Made by a program: the position numbers and the translations under genes. Below are positions 38,426 to 48,075 of a stretch of 64,000 nucleotides of DNA, piece after piece; position 1 is the first letter of the stretch, and the number at the start of each line of letters is the position of its first letter. The notes beneath the pieces are model-generated. The model did no database searches and was not told where the DNA came from. It worked only from the letters and a program-made list of their open reading frames with translations. The stretch is from Labilithrix sp. (GTDB taxonomy: Bacteria; Myxococcota_A; Polyangia; Polyangiales; Polyangiaceae): contig JAXLYU010000005.1 of the NCBI GenBank assembly GCA_046351255.1, forward strand, positions 1,274,583-1,338,582, in the 5' to 3' direction.

Positions 38426-39034
38426 ATGCTCTGCCTCCGCGCAGCGACGGACGAGGCCTGGGCGCGCGAGGCGGTGAAAGACCTCGACGCGGTCCTCGTC
38501 GATCACGCGCACTGCGAGATGAAGGCCGCGACCAACGCCCTGTCGCTCGTGGTGCGCCATCCCGCGGACCTCGAGCTCGTCCGCTCGCTCACCGCGATCG
38601 CGCAGGAGGAGCTCGAGCATTTCGATCGCGTCGTGGCGTTCCTCGGCGAGCGCGGGCTCGCGCTCGGCATCCCGCCCGTCGACGACTACGCGGCACAGCT
38701 CCGGCGCGCGATGAACGCGCTCCCGGTGTCGGACCTCCCGCTCGTCACGAACCGCCTGCTCGTGGGCGCGCTCATCGAGGCGCGGTCGTGCGAGCGCTTC
38801 AAGCTCTTGCTCGCCGCGCTGCCCGAGTCGACGCCCGACGAGCTGCGTGTATTTTACCAGGAGCTCTTCGAGTGCGAGGCGCGCCACTATCGCGACTACA
38901 TCGACCTCGCGAAGCGCGCCGCGGGTCCGCTCGCGCACCTCGTGGACGCGCGGCTCGAGCTCCTCGCGGAGGCCGAGGCGCGGATCGTGCGGGCGCTGCC
39001 CTCGAACGACGTGCGCGGATCGGTGCACGGGTGA
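38426..39034 (+). CDS. miaE: MiaE-like tRNA (ms2io6A37) hydroxylase (ferritin-like di-iron)
   Basis: Paired E...ExxH-type motifs (HAHCEMKAATN, QEELEHF, IEARSCERF, ECEARH) in a protein of about 200 aa, consistent with the MiaE family. Confidence 0.65.
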   Translation: MLCLRAATDEAWAREAVKDLDAVLVDHAHCEMKAATNALSLVVRHPADLELVRSLTAIAQEELEHFDRVVAFLGERGLALGIPPVDDYAAQLRRAMNALPVSDLPLVTNRLLVGALIEARSCERFKLLLAALPESTPDELRVFYQELFECEARHYRDYIDLAKRAAGPLAHLVDARLELLAEAEARIVRALPSNDVRGSVHG

Positions 39035-40426
39035 TCGACCTCGGCCTCCTCGACGGCCGCGTCGCGCGAGCGAGTGCCTCGCTGCAGCGCGGCGGCGATG
39101 ATCCGCTCGGGGAGTATCGCGATGTCTCCGGCAAGAACGCGTACGACGCGCTGAAGGCCTACGAGGCCGGCCCCGTTCACGGCGCGCATCGCGACGCGCT
39201 CCTCCGCTGGATCGCGTTCTTCACGGAGGCGCGGATCGGCTGGGACCTCGTGCTGGAAGAGGCAGAGCGCGAGAAGGCGCCGGATCCGCGGCTCGAGACG
39301 GCGCGGAAAGACCTCCTCGCGTCGACGACGTTCGCGAAGACGTGGGAAGAGGCCCGCGCGGCGCTCTTCCAGGCCCCGAACGTGGTGGAGCTCGAGAAGG
39401 CGCTCACGCGGCTCGACGAGCTCGCGGACCCGATCGCGGCCGTCCGACGCGAGCGTCGCGCGCGCACCTTCGAGGTGGCGCGGCGCATCGGCCTCGAGCA
39501 TCCGTGGGCGAACGTCCTCGATCGCGAGGCGACGCTGTCCGCGGCGCCGGCGCAAGGGCAGCTCATCGTGGTCGCGACGGCCGAAGAGTCGTCGAGCGTG
39601 AAGGTGCTCCGCGAGCTCTCGGACGCGGTCCTCGAAGTGACGGAGCCGCTCGCGCGCGACTGGCTGAAGCGCGTGGGCGCGACGCCAGCACTCGTCATCG
39701 AGAGCACGTTCGCGCGGGACGCGACGGAGGGCTGGCCGGCGCGGCTGACGGCGCGCTGGCTCGAGGACGCATTCAAGACGATCGCGCCGCGCACGCCGAG
39801 AGACGCGCCGCTCCCCGAGGCCCTCGGCGGCGCGAGCTTCCTCCGCGCGGCCGCGGCGTGGGGCTATGCGCTCCGCACCGGGAGCACCGCGAAGTCGCTG
39901 CCGTTCGCGCTCGCGCGCGATCCCGCGCCGACGGACGCCTTCGTCTACGGCGATCTCCTCGCGCTCGCGGTGGCGAGCCGCACGTTCGCGCGGAGGAAGC
40001 TCGACCTGCCCGTGCGCGTCGCGGAGGCGCAGGAGCGCGCGCTCGCGCGGACCGCGTTCGTGGCGCTGCGCGAGCTCGCGGTGCTCGTGCGGCTGGGGCT
40101 CTCGGAGGGCATCGTCGCCGACGACACCGACGACGCGAGCGCTCGCGTGTTCGGCCGGCCGCTGCCGCACGCGCTCGGCATGGTGTGGGCGCATGGCGGC
40201 ATCAGCGGACGCAGGCGCAGCGACGCGGGCGCGCGCTTCCTCGCCGCGCTCCGGGCGGACGCTGCGCGACGAGCTCGTGCAGATGCACGACGAAGACTGG
40301 TTCGACAACCCGCGCGCGGCGCAGCGACTGGCCAACGTCGCGTCGGGTCCGATCCGGCAGAGCGAGAAGCCGGACCCGACGCTCGCGCCACGCATCGCGC
40401 GCGCGTTCGAGGAGGCGATGGGATGA
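39031..40426 (+). pseudogene. hypothetical protein, reading frame interrupted by an apparent +1 nt (frameshift near 40258-40262)
   Basis: GC3 shows coding frame A for 39031-40260 and frame A+1 for 40262-40426. Removing one nucleotide gives a continuous ..FLAALRADLRDELVQMHDEDWF.. sequence. Start is GTGA-coupled to miaE, and the end is ATGA-coupled to the next gene. Confidence 0.5.
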
Positions 40427-41196
40427 GGGGCACGCGACGCGCGCTCGCGTGTGCCCTGCTCGCCGCGTCACCGGCGCTCGCCGCGCCGCCGAAGCCTCCG
40501 CCCGCGCCGCCGCCGCAACCTCCGCCTCCGCTCGCGATGCTGCCCTCGATCGCGCGCGTGAAGGTCACGTTCCACGGCGGCCACACGTACGCCGTCGTCC
40601 ACGAAGTGAACCTCCCGCGCGGCGAATGGAAAGGCGAGACGCTTCGCTTTCACGTCGCGTTCGGTGCGCCGGGGCCTCGCGCCATCGACGCTCATCTCGT
40701 GGCGGTCGGCGATGGCGCGCTCGAGGCGGAGGACGACGAAGCGGGCGAGGTGCTCGCGATCGAGCGCGTGCCTCGTCGTCCCGTGAACGCTCACCCGTTG
40801 CTCGGGCGCGAGACCATGGCGGGGATCGTCGTCACGATCAAAGGCGAGCAGCTCACGAAGGCGCTCGCGCGCGGAGAGATGGCGTCGCTCCGCATCCGAT
40901 CGCTCGTCGATGCGACGGAGCCCGATCCGACCGGCGCGTCGTCGCTGCTGCTCCGGCTCGGCGCCTCGCGCGGCACGCCGCTCACGCTCGGGCGCATCGT
41001 CGCGCTCTCCGCGCCCCAGCAGCCGGCCCTCAGCCGCGTCGCGGCGAACCTCTGCGGTCAGGAGGCAGACGCGCATCCGCTCGCCGTCAACAAGGTGCCC
41101 AAGCAACCGGGCGAGGCGGCGATCGCACCCGTGCTCGCGGTACGGCACGCGAGCGACGATCTGTGCTTGCGCATTTGGAGCAACACCCCGAAATGA
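40423..41196 (+). CDS. secreted protein with Pro-rich N-terminal segment (hypothetical)
   Basis: Signal peptide MRGTRRALACALLAASPALA, followed by PPKPPPAPPPQPPPP. Confidence 0.7.
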   Translation: MRGTRRALACALLAASPALAAPPKPPPAPPPQPPPPLAMLPSIARVKVTFHGGHTYAVVHEVNLPRGEWKGETLRFHVAFGAPGPRAIDAHLVAVGDGALEAEDDEAGEVLAIERVPRRPVNAHPLLGRETMAGIVVTIKGEQLTKALARGEMASLRIRSLVDATEPDPTGASSLLLRLGASRGTPLTLGRIVALSAPQQPALSRVAANLCGQEADAHPLAVNKVPKQPGEAAIAPVLAVRHASDDLCLRIWSNTPK

Positions 41197-41316
41197 CCGA
41201 TGGATCCGCCTCGCCCGCCTGGTGACAGGCGACATCCACCGACAGGCTGAAATCTTCGTGGGATCGTCGTCGCTCGCTGGCCCGGTCGATGGACCGACGG
41301 TTGCTCCATCCCGGGT

Positions 41317-41982
41317 ATGCGTTCCAAGACGCTCCTTGGCCTGCTGGCTCTCGTGGGATCCACGTTCGTCGTCGCGTGTGCGGCGACGCCCGCGCCGGAC
41401 TCGTTCGACAACGGGCAGCCCTCTTCCGCGTCGCGCTCCAACAAGAAGAGCGCCGCCGACGACACGGAAGGAGACACCGGCAACGCCACGCCGCCCGCGT
41501 CGACGGGGACGATGCCCGACCGCCCGACGCCAGCGGAGCCGACCGCGCCGCCGGTGCAGGCGAGCGACACGGTGTGGACCGGCACGCTCGCGAAGACGGT
41601 GACCTCGAAGTTCGGCGGCTCTCCCTACTGCGAGTACCAGACTCACTTCGAGAACATGAACGTGAAGGTCGTCATCGGCCCCGACGGCAAGGTGAAGTCG
41701 GCGACCGTCACCGGCAAGGCGGTAGAGGAGTCGCTCAACGGCTGTCCCAACTCGCCGATCCCGGCGAACCTCCACGACTACTCGCTCACGACCGCCGCGG
41801 ATGGAACCACCTTCTCCATCGACGGCGGCGGTAGCGCGGCGGAGCCGCACGCGAAGCTCGACGCGGACGTCTCTGCCGCGGGCGCGAGCGGCAGCATCTC
41901 GCTCAAGATCCAGCGCAACGATCAGACCGCGCCGCTCGTGTGGACGATCAACGCCGACGTCCCGCTCACGAAGCAGCCGTGA
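41317..41982 (+). CDS. lipoprotein (hypothetical), paralog family A
   Basis: Lipobox FVVAC. Shares the FGGSPYCEYQTHFENMNVKVVIGPDGKV core with 19903..21182. Confidence 0.75.
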   Translation: MRSKTLLGLLALVGSTFVVACAATPAPDSFDNGQPSSASRSNKKSAADDTEGDTGNATPPASTGTMPDRPTPAEPTAPPVQASDTVWTGTLAKTVTSKFGGSPYCEYQTHFENMNVKVVIGPDGKVKSATVTGKAVEESLNGCPNSPIPANLHDYSLTTAADGTTFSIDGGGSAAEPHAKLDADVSAAGASGSISLKIQRNDQTAPLVWTINADVPLTKQP

Positions 41983-43477
41983 CGTTGACGTGATGTACCT
42001 CGAGTCGCTCGACCACGACCTCGAGGAAGCTCCTCGGATCCTCGCGTGAGCGCGGCTGAAAGTCGAGGCGATCGCCCTCGAGCGTGAGGACGCCCATCGG
42101 ACCGTCGAGCACGAGCCGCTCGAGCTGCTTGCCGCGCGCGTCGGAGCGGATGCCGAGCACGAGCTCCGGCTCGGCGTCGATCTCGAAGTCGACGATGGCC
42201 GGCCACCGCTCGAGGAGCGCGAGGATCTCGTCGGCGTTCACGAAGAAGTTGTCGTCGCTCTCGGCGCGCACCGAGAGCTTTCGCGCGGCGGGGAAGACCG
42301 CCTGTGGCCCCTCCTCGAGGCTCGCGCAGTAGACCCAGTGCGAGGTCACGAACCCGACGGAGAGCCAGGGCATCGGCTGCCCTCGGTTCCGTAGCCGCGC
42401 GAGGTCCTCGACCGGATTCACTCCCGTCACGTGACGTAGGTTGCGCGCCGCGTCCGACCACAGGAGATCCGGCGCGCTGTCGTCCCACGCGCTCTTCGCG
42501 CTCACGTCGAGATGCGTGAGGGTCGACCACTCCCGCGCCCCGATCGACTTCGCGCCGGCGGCGCCGCGAACGTAGCGGCCGCGGGCGACGAAGCCGCGCT
42601 CGAACACCACTCCTTGCTTCTGCAGCGCGGGCTCGAGCGGGCCGAGCCATACGCGTCCCCACTGCTGAATGAGCTTCTTCTCCGCGGGGCTCGGCTCCGT
42701 GTCCGTGCCATGCCGTGCGAGCTGCATCGCGATGAGCTCGCCGCGTGGATCGCCGCGCTGCTGGAGCAGATCCGCGAGCACGGCACGCGCCTCGTCGTCC
42801 GTGGGGTCGTCGTAGATGCGCGTGAAGAGCGCCTCCTCGTCGGCGGCGGTGCCGGCGCTCGGCTTCGGCGCGCGCACGAGCTTCGCGATCGCAGCGAGCG
42901 TCAGCGTGTCGTCGCGATCGAGGTCGGGCACCTTTCGCTTCGCGAGCTGCGCCGCAGCGGCGACGAGCGGTCTCCAGGTCTGGACGCCGTACGCTCGGTT
43001 CGCGGCGGACTGGTTCCTCGGCTCCGTGAGCGCGACGAGGAAGGGCGCGAGCCGCACGTCTCCCGTGCGTTCGATGAGCCGGACGACGCGATGGAAGAAC
43101 GGCGCCCGGCTCGTGGCGCGCACCGGCGGCGACTCGAGCCACTTCTTCGCCGCCGTCGCCATGCGCGGGTCGGCCGGCATCGCGAGGAGCACGTCGATCT
43201 GAAGATGGCGATCCGTGCTGTCCGAGATCGCCTCGAGGAGGCGTCCCATCACGGCGGCCCGCTTCGAGCTCGCCGCCTCGCCCCACGCCGCCCGGGCGGA
43301 CGTGCCGCCGGTGGCGCGGATCGGCGTCTCCTTCGCGGTGAGCGTGGCGCTCAGCAGCTCGATCGCGTCCGCGATCGCCGGATGCCGCTTGCTCGCGCGC
43401 CAGGCGTCGAGCAGCGCTTCGAGCGCCGGCTCCGGATGTGTATTCTGCAAGTGATGGAGCGCGTCGCGCAGGCTCAC
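41966..43477 (-). CDS. TIGR02996-like repeat-companion domain protein, paralog 2
   Basis: Contains DDPTDDEARAVLADLLQQRGDPRGELIAMQ, the TIGR02996 signature. GTG start in a GTGA overlap with the paralog 1 stop. The listed 1019-aa ORF is an out-of-frame upstream extension. Confidence 0.7.
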   Translation of the reverse strand: MSLRDALHHLQNTHPEPALEALLDAWRASKRHPAIADAIELLSATLTAKETPIRATGGTSARAAWGEAASSKRAAVMGRLLEAISDSTDRHLQIDVLLAMPADPRMATAAKKWLESPPVRATSRAPFFHRVVRLIERTGDVRLAPFLVALTEPRNQSAANRAYGVQTWRPLVAAAAQLAKRKVPDLDRDDTLTLAAIAKLVRAPKPSAGTAADEEALFTRIYDDPTDDEARAVLADLLQQRGDPRGELIAMQLARHGTDTEPSPAEKKLIQQWGRVWLGPLEPALQKQGVVFERGFVARGRYVRGAAGAKSIGAREWSTLTHLDVSAKSAWDDSAPDLLWSDAARNLRHVTGVNPVEDLARLRNRGQPMPWLSVGFVTSHWVYCASLEEGPQAVFPAARKLSVRAESDDNFFVNADEILALLERWPAIVDFEIDAEPELVLGIRSDARGKQLERLVLDGPMGVLTLEGDRLDFQPRSREDPRSFLEVVVERLEVHHVNVTAAS

Positions 43478-45162
43478 GAGAAGCTCTTCCCCTGCACGTC
43501 GAGCGGGACGCCCGCGTCCTTCGCCGCGTCGACGATTGGCTTCATCGAGGCTCGTGCGCTCTTCATCACGAGGGTGGGACCGTCCTCGAGCGCGGCCTTG
43601 CCGTCGCCGTGAACGGCGACGCTCGTGGGCTCGACGGCGCGCATCAGCCGGACCACCTCCGCCACCGACGTGGTGGTCAGACGGCGGAGCGCGATCGTCA
43701 GCTTTCGTCTCTCGACCGTCACCGTCATCGCCGGATCGATCACCACGAGGCGGGCCAGCTTCTCCCCGCGCTCGCTCGCGAGGATGGTCGAGACGTGCCG
43801 GGTCTCGGCTCCGATCGTGAACGCCTCGATGTTCGGCCACGCCGAGAGGATGCCGAGGATCGCCTCCGTCGGGACGGTGAAGGCATGCGACTCGACCTGC
43901 ATGACGACCAGCGCTCGCGCCGCGGCAAAGAGGGACCCCGCGCCCTTCGCGATCGGCTCGAGGTAGTCCCAGCCCCAGGCGCGCCAGCCGACCGTCTCCC
44001 ACGGGAGCTCGCCTCGCGCGGAGAGCGTCGGGAGATCGGCCGGCGAGAGCCCCGTCACGTGTCGCACGTGGCGAAGATGCGGGGACCGGAAGAGCGCGCT
44101 GCTGCCCGCGACGTAGCGGCTGGCGCGCGAGACGTCGAGGTGGGTCACGGTCATCCACTCCTTCGCGCCCGCGGCCTCGCCGCCGGCGAAGCGACACCGG
44201 GCGAGGAAGCCCCGCTCGTACTCGACGCCCTCCTTGAGGAGCACATCGTCGAGCGGACCGAGCCAGGTGCGGCCCCATTGCTGGACGAGCTTTCGCTCGG
44301 CGGGGGTCGCGGGCCGGTCCGTGCCGTGTCGCCCCATCTGCAGCGCGATGAATTCGCCGCGCGGATCGCCGCGCTGCAGGAGCAGGTCCGCGAGGACGGC
44401 GCGCGGCTCGTCGTCGGTCGGATCGGCGTAGATGCGCGCGTAGAGGTCGTCCTCGTCGGCGCTCGTGCCGCCGGTCGCCTTCGGCGGCGGCTCCGCGAGC
44501 CGCGCCTCGACGCGCGAGGCCGCCGCGATCGCGTCCGGCCCGAGCGGGAGGGGCGCGGGCAGCTGCTCGAAGCGCTCGGCGAGCTCGGTCAGGGCGACCC
44601 ACGAACGTAGCCCGAAGGCGTTCACCGACGTCGGTCGCGCGGTCGACGTGCTGATGCGCGCGATGACGGGAGCGAGCCGCGCATCGCGTGTGTGCTCGAT
44701 GAGCTTCCAGAGCGCGTTGAAGAACCCGGGCCGGTTCGAGCCCTGGACCGGCGGCGCCTCGATCCACGCACGCGCCGCGCTCCCGATGCGTGGATCGGCG
44801 GGCCAGGCGAGGAGCGCCTCGAGGCGCTTCACGCGGTCGATCCCGTCGGGCAGCGCCTCGAGCAGGCGCCCGAGCGCCGCGGGCCGCCGCGCGTCGCAGG
44901 CCTGGTACCACGCCGTCTTCGCGGAGGTGCTGCCCACGGCGACGATCGGCTTCTCCGTCTCCGTGACGATCGCGGACAGGCGATCGATCGCGTCCGCGAT
45001 GCGCCCATCGCCGCAGGCGCGCCATGCGTCGAGCAGCGAGGCGAGCGCCGGTGCGTGCTCCGCGCGCTCGAGACGGTCGAGCGCCGCGTTCAGTGCGGGG
45101 AGAGGATCAGAGGGGGTCCGCTTCGCCTGAGCCATTGCCGCCACCGCTGCCGCCCAGCGCAT
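43474..45162 (-). CDS. TIGR02996-like repeat-companion domain protein, paralog 1
   Basis: DDLYARIYADPTDDEPRAVLADLLLQRGDPRGEFIALQ; colinear with paralog 2 over the full length (LLDAWRA...IADAI..LSA...). Alternative start 45135. Confidence 0.7.
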   Translation of the reverse strand: MRWAAAVAAMAQAKRTPSDPLPALNAALDRLERAEHAPALASLLDAWRACGDGRIADAIDRLSAIVTETEKPIVAVGSTSAKTAWYQACDARRPAALGRLLEALPDGIDRVKRLEALLAWPADPRIGSAARAWIEAPPVQGSNRPGFFNALWKLIEHTRDARLAPVIARISTSTARPTSVNAFGLRSWVALTELAERFEQLPAPLPLGPDAIAAASRVEARLAEPPPKATGGTSADEDDLYARIYADPTDDEPRAVLADLLLQRGDPRGEFIALQMGRHGTDRPATPAERKLVQQWGRTWLGPLDDVLLKEGVEYERGFLARCRFAGGEAAGAKEWMTVTHLDVSRASRYVAGSSALFRSPHLRHVRHVTGLSPADLPTLSARGELPWETVGWRAWGWDYLEPIAKGAGSLFAAARALVVMQVESHAFTVPTEAILGILSAWPNIEAFTIGAETRHVSTILASERGEKLARLVVIDPAMTVTVERRKLTIALRRLTTTSVAEVVRLMRAVEPTSVAVHGDGKAALEDGPTLVMKSARASMKPIVDAAKDAGVPLDVQGKSFS

Positions 45163-46090
45163 CCACGAAGAAGCGGAGGCCGATGGAGATCATGGTAGCC
45201 GGATTGTCGCCGACGATGTCGCGCCGGCCGGCGACCTCGACCGAGAAGCGCTTGTCGACGTACCCCGCGCCGAGCGAGAGCGCGTGGTTGCGCGTGCCGT
45301 CGTCGTAGCGATAGCCGGCGCGCACGGGGATGTGGTCGGCGAGGAGGACCTCGGCGCCCACCATCGCGCGAGCACGGGCCTTCTGGTACGTCGTGAAGTC
45401 GATCAGCGAGTCCGCCTCGACGGACACGGTCTGGTTGGACCAGCCGAGGCCACCCGCGAGGGCGGTCGGCATGAGGCCGATGCCGGGCGCGGTGAGGTTT
45501 CGCCCGCTCACTCCGAAGCGCAGGCCTTCCGTGATCGCGATCGCGGCGCCGGCGTCGAACGTGAACTGGCTCGTCAGCGGATCGTCCGGCTTGCCGTCGG
45601 ACGCGAGTGACGCACCGAAGGGGCCGCGCGCCACCGCCTGCGTCGCGCGGAGGTAGCGTCCCGTCATCCCGAGGTGGAATCGATCGCCGAGCGGGTACGC
45701 GAGCGTGAGTCGAAGGTCCGTCCACTGCCGCTTGATCCCGTCTGGATCCATCTGCGACCACGTGCCGCCAAAGCCGCCCGCGAGCTTGCTCGTGCTCGAG
45801 TCGACCACGGCGCCGCCGTAGCTCTGCCGCCGCGCCTCGGGACTGAACGCCGCAAGGGCCTCGAGGTGGTAAACGCGGTAAAGCGGGAGATTTGCGGGAT
45901 TCGCGAAGATCGCCGACGTGGAGCCGCCCCACACCTGGTTGGCGCCGCCCATCGCGACGGTGCGCGGGTGCTGCACCTCGCCGAGGTCGTATCCCTGTTC
46001 GATCGAGGTCGTGGAGGGCGAAGCGTGCACGCGCGTCTCGGCGCCGAAGACGGCGCCCGCACAGAGCAAAGCGACGCCGGTTTTCTTCAT
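45107..46090 (-). CDS. putative outer-membrane beta-barrel protein
   Basis: Signal peptide MKKTGVALLCAGAVFGA. Alternating hydrophobic beta-strand-like segments with aromatic residues near the C-terminus (ISIGLRFF). The 3' end overlaps the next gene's possible start. Confidence 0.55.
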   Translation of the reverse strand: MKKTGVALLCAGAVFGAETRVHASPSTTSIEQGYDLGEVQHPRTVAMGGANQVWGGSTSAIFANPANLPLYRVYHLEALAAFSPEARRQSYGGAVVDSSTSKLAGGFGGTWSQMDPDGIKRQWTDLRLTLAYPLGDRFHLGMTGRYLRATQAVARGPFGASLASDGKPDDPLTSQFTFDAGAAIAITEGLRFGVSGRNLTAPGIGLMPTALAGGLGWSNQTVSVEADSLIDFTTYQKARARAMVGAEVLLADHIPVRAGYRYDDGTRNHALSLGAGYVDKRFSVEVAGRRDIVGDNPATMISIGLRFFVDALGGSGGGNGSGEADPL

Positions 46091-46602
46091 GAGGCGGTGC
46101 ACCGCTGCCGACCTAACCAATTCGTATGGGGCCCGTACAAGTTTTCGGCAAAACCGCGCGGGCGCTCGATCCGTTCCTCGCTCGAGAAATTCGGGCGATC
46201 GTCGACTCTTGACACGATTTCCGCCGACGATCCGCGGCGTTGTCATTTCGTGTCCGGCCGATGACAGGCCGATTACGAAAAGACGTCGGGCACTTATCAA
46301 CACCCCTCCGAAATTGCATGCGAAGCGCCTGCATTTTGGAGGTGGTCTACAAGCAATAAAACGTAAGGCGTTCGATAACTTGCGACTTCTTTTGCGATGG
46401 TCGTTGTCGTTCTCGAATCGACGGTGCTAGCTCCATCTTTCCCGTTACGACGGGGCTTCGAGCTGGGCGGTTCAGTGGCTGGCGGGTGGCTTTGCGTTCG
46501 AGCGCGCCTTCCGACTGCTGAGGGGGAATTTTGTGAAGCGATAGGGCGGGCTGTCCTCCACAGCCCTGTGGAGAAGTTGTGCGCGGAGTGGAACGAATCG
46601 AG
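46091..46602. promoter_or_regulatory. candidate oriC / dnaA promoter region with DnaA-box-like motifs
   Basis: 512-bp non-coding stretch, visibly less GC-rich than its flanks. TTATCAACA at 46294-46302; inverted pair TCCTCCACA / TGTGGAGAA at 46553-46576 just upstream of the dnaA start; an AT-rich patch at 46351-46368; TTGACA at 46210. Confidence 0.45.
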
Positions 46603-48039
46603 ATGCAGCACGAGGCTCTCTGGAACGAAGCTGTCGCATTCACGCGGGCGAAGTCGCCTGCGAGCTTCGAGCAGTGGTTCTCCGGTGTGCAGTACGACGG
46701 CATGACCGACGGCGTCGTGAGCCTCCGCGCCCGCGACGAGTTCGTCCGGGAATGGGTCGATCAACATTTTCTCCCGACGTTGATCGACTACCTCCGTAGC
46801 CAGACGGGTTGGAGCGTTCAAATCGCGTGGAGCATCGGTGGTGACCTCGACCGTCCCGTGTCCGGCCCTGTGGCTCCGGCGCTGGGCGACGATGTGCCGT
46901 CCGGTATGCGCGCACGTGCAAACGGAACAAGTGGGATTGCGCCCCAAATGATCACCGAAGAAGCACCTGCCTCGCGCCGTACACAGTCTTCGCAGATGAA
47001 GGCACCGCCGCTCGAGGGTCTGAACCCGAAGTACACGTTCGCGAACTTCGTGGTCGGGCCGTCGAACCAGCTCGCGCATGCGGCCGCCATCGGCGCGGCC
47101 GGCGGCGGGGGGCCGCGTCATAACCCGCTGTTCTTGTGCGGCGGCACGGGCCTCGGCAAGACGCACCTCGTCCATGCCGTCGCGCACCGGATCCGCGCCG
47201 AGCGCCCCCAGTCGCGCATCCTGTACGTGTCGGCGGAGAAGTTCGTGAACGAGTTCGTGCAGTCGCTGCAGGAGAACCGCATGAGCGAGTTCCGCAGCCG
47301 CTACCGCGAGCGTTGCGACCTCCTCCTCGTCGACGACATCCAGTTCCTCGCCTCGAAGACGCAGACGCAGGAAGAGTTCTTCCACGCGTTCAACGCGCTC
47401 CACCAGGCGGACAAGCAGATCATCGTCACGAGCGACAAGTACCCCCAGCAGCTCGAGCGCATGGAGGAGCGGCTCGTGTCGCGCTTCTCGTGGGGCCTCG
47501 TCGCCGACATCCAGGGCCCCGAGCTCGAGACGCGCGTCGCCATCCTGCGGAAGAAGGCGCAGATGGAGCAGATCGACCTCGCCGACGAGGTCGTGCTCTA
47601 CCTCGCGCAGACGATCCGCTCGAACGTCCGCGAGCTCGAGGGCACCCTCATCCGCCTCGCCGCGAAGACCTCGCTCCTCGGCCGCGCCATCGACCTCGAG
47701 TTCGCGCGTCAGGAGCTCGCCGCCACGTCGAGCACGAAGCCGAACGAGGCGGGCGTCGACGACATCCAGCGCGTCGTCTGCCACCACTTCAAGCTCCGCA
47801 CGTCCGACCTCCTCTCGAAGGACCGCCACAAGAGCATCGCCTTCGCCCGTCACGTCGCGATGTACCTCTGCAAGCAACGCCTCAAGTGCAGCTTCCCGGA
47901 GCTCGGTCGCGCGTTCGGCAACCGCGATCACACGACCGTCATGAGCGCCGTGCGCAAGGTCGAGCACCTCCGCTCGACGGACCCCGAGGTCCGCGCGCAC
48001 CTCGAGGCGATCGAGCGGAAGCTCGGCACCGGCGACTGA
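46603..48039 (+). CDS. dnaA: chromosomal replication initiator protein DnaA
   Basis: Domain III/IV hallmarks: LNPKYTFANFVVGPSNQLAHAAA, Walker A GGTGLGKTHL, Walker B LLLVDDIQF, sensor motifs and a C-terminal DNA-binding domain (KDRHKSIAFARHVAMYLCK). Confidence 0.95.
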   Translation: MQHEALWNEAVAFTRAKSPASFEQWFSGVQYDGMTDGVVSLRARDEFVREWVDQHFLPTLIDYLRSQTGWSVQIAWSIGGDLDRPVSGPVAPALGDDVPSGMRARANGTSGIAPQMITEEAPASRRTQSSQMKAPPLEGLNPKYTFANFVVGPSNQLAHAAAIGAAGGGGPRHNPLFLCGGTGLGKTHLVHAVAHRIRAERPQSRILYVSAEKFVNEFVQSLQENRMSEFRSRYRERCDLLLVDDIQFLASKTQTQEEFFHAFNALHQADKQIIVTSDKYPQQLERMEERLVSRFSWGLVADIQGPELETRVAILRKKAQMEQIDLADEVVLYLAQTIRSNVRELEGTLIRLAAKTSLLGRAIDLEFARQELAATSSTKPNEAGVDDIQRVVCHHFKLRTSDLLSKDRHKSIAFARHVAMYLCKQRLKCSFPELGRAFGNRDHTTVMSAVRKVEHLRSTDPEVRAHLEAIERKLGTGD

Positions 48040-48075
48040 CTCGCTCCTCCGCCCGCGGACCGATATGCTCGGGAT

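Noticed and set aside
38410-39030. 5' part of ORF 38410..41196 (928 aa) spanning miaE in another frame
   Set aside because: The long ORF is a concatenation. The first part is out of frame over miaE, the middle is the real 39031.. gene, and the tail is the separate secreted-protein gene. It is split by GC3 and an internal signal peptide.
43625-45025. N-terminal half of ORF 41966..45025 (1019 aa)
   Set aside because: This is an out-of-frame read-through over paralog 1 (junk R/G-rich composition). The real gene starts at GTG 43477.
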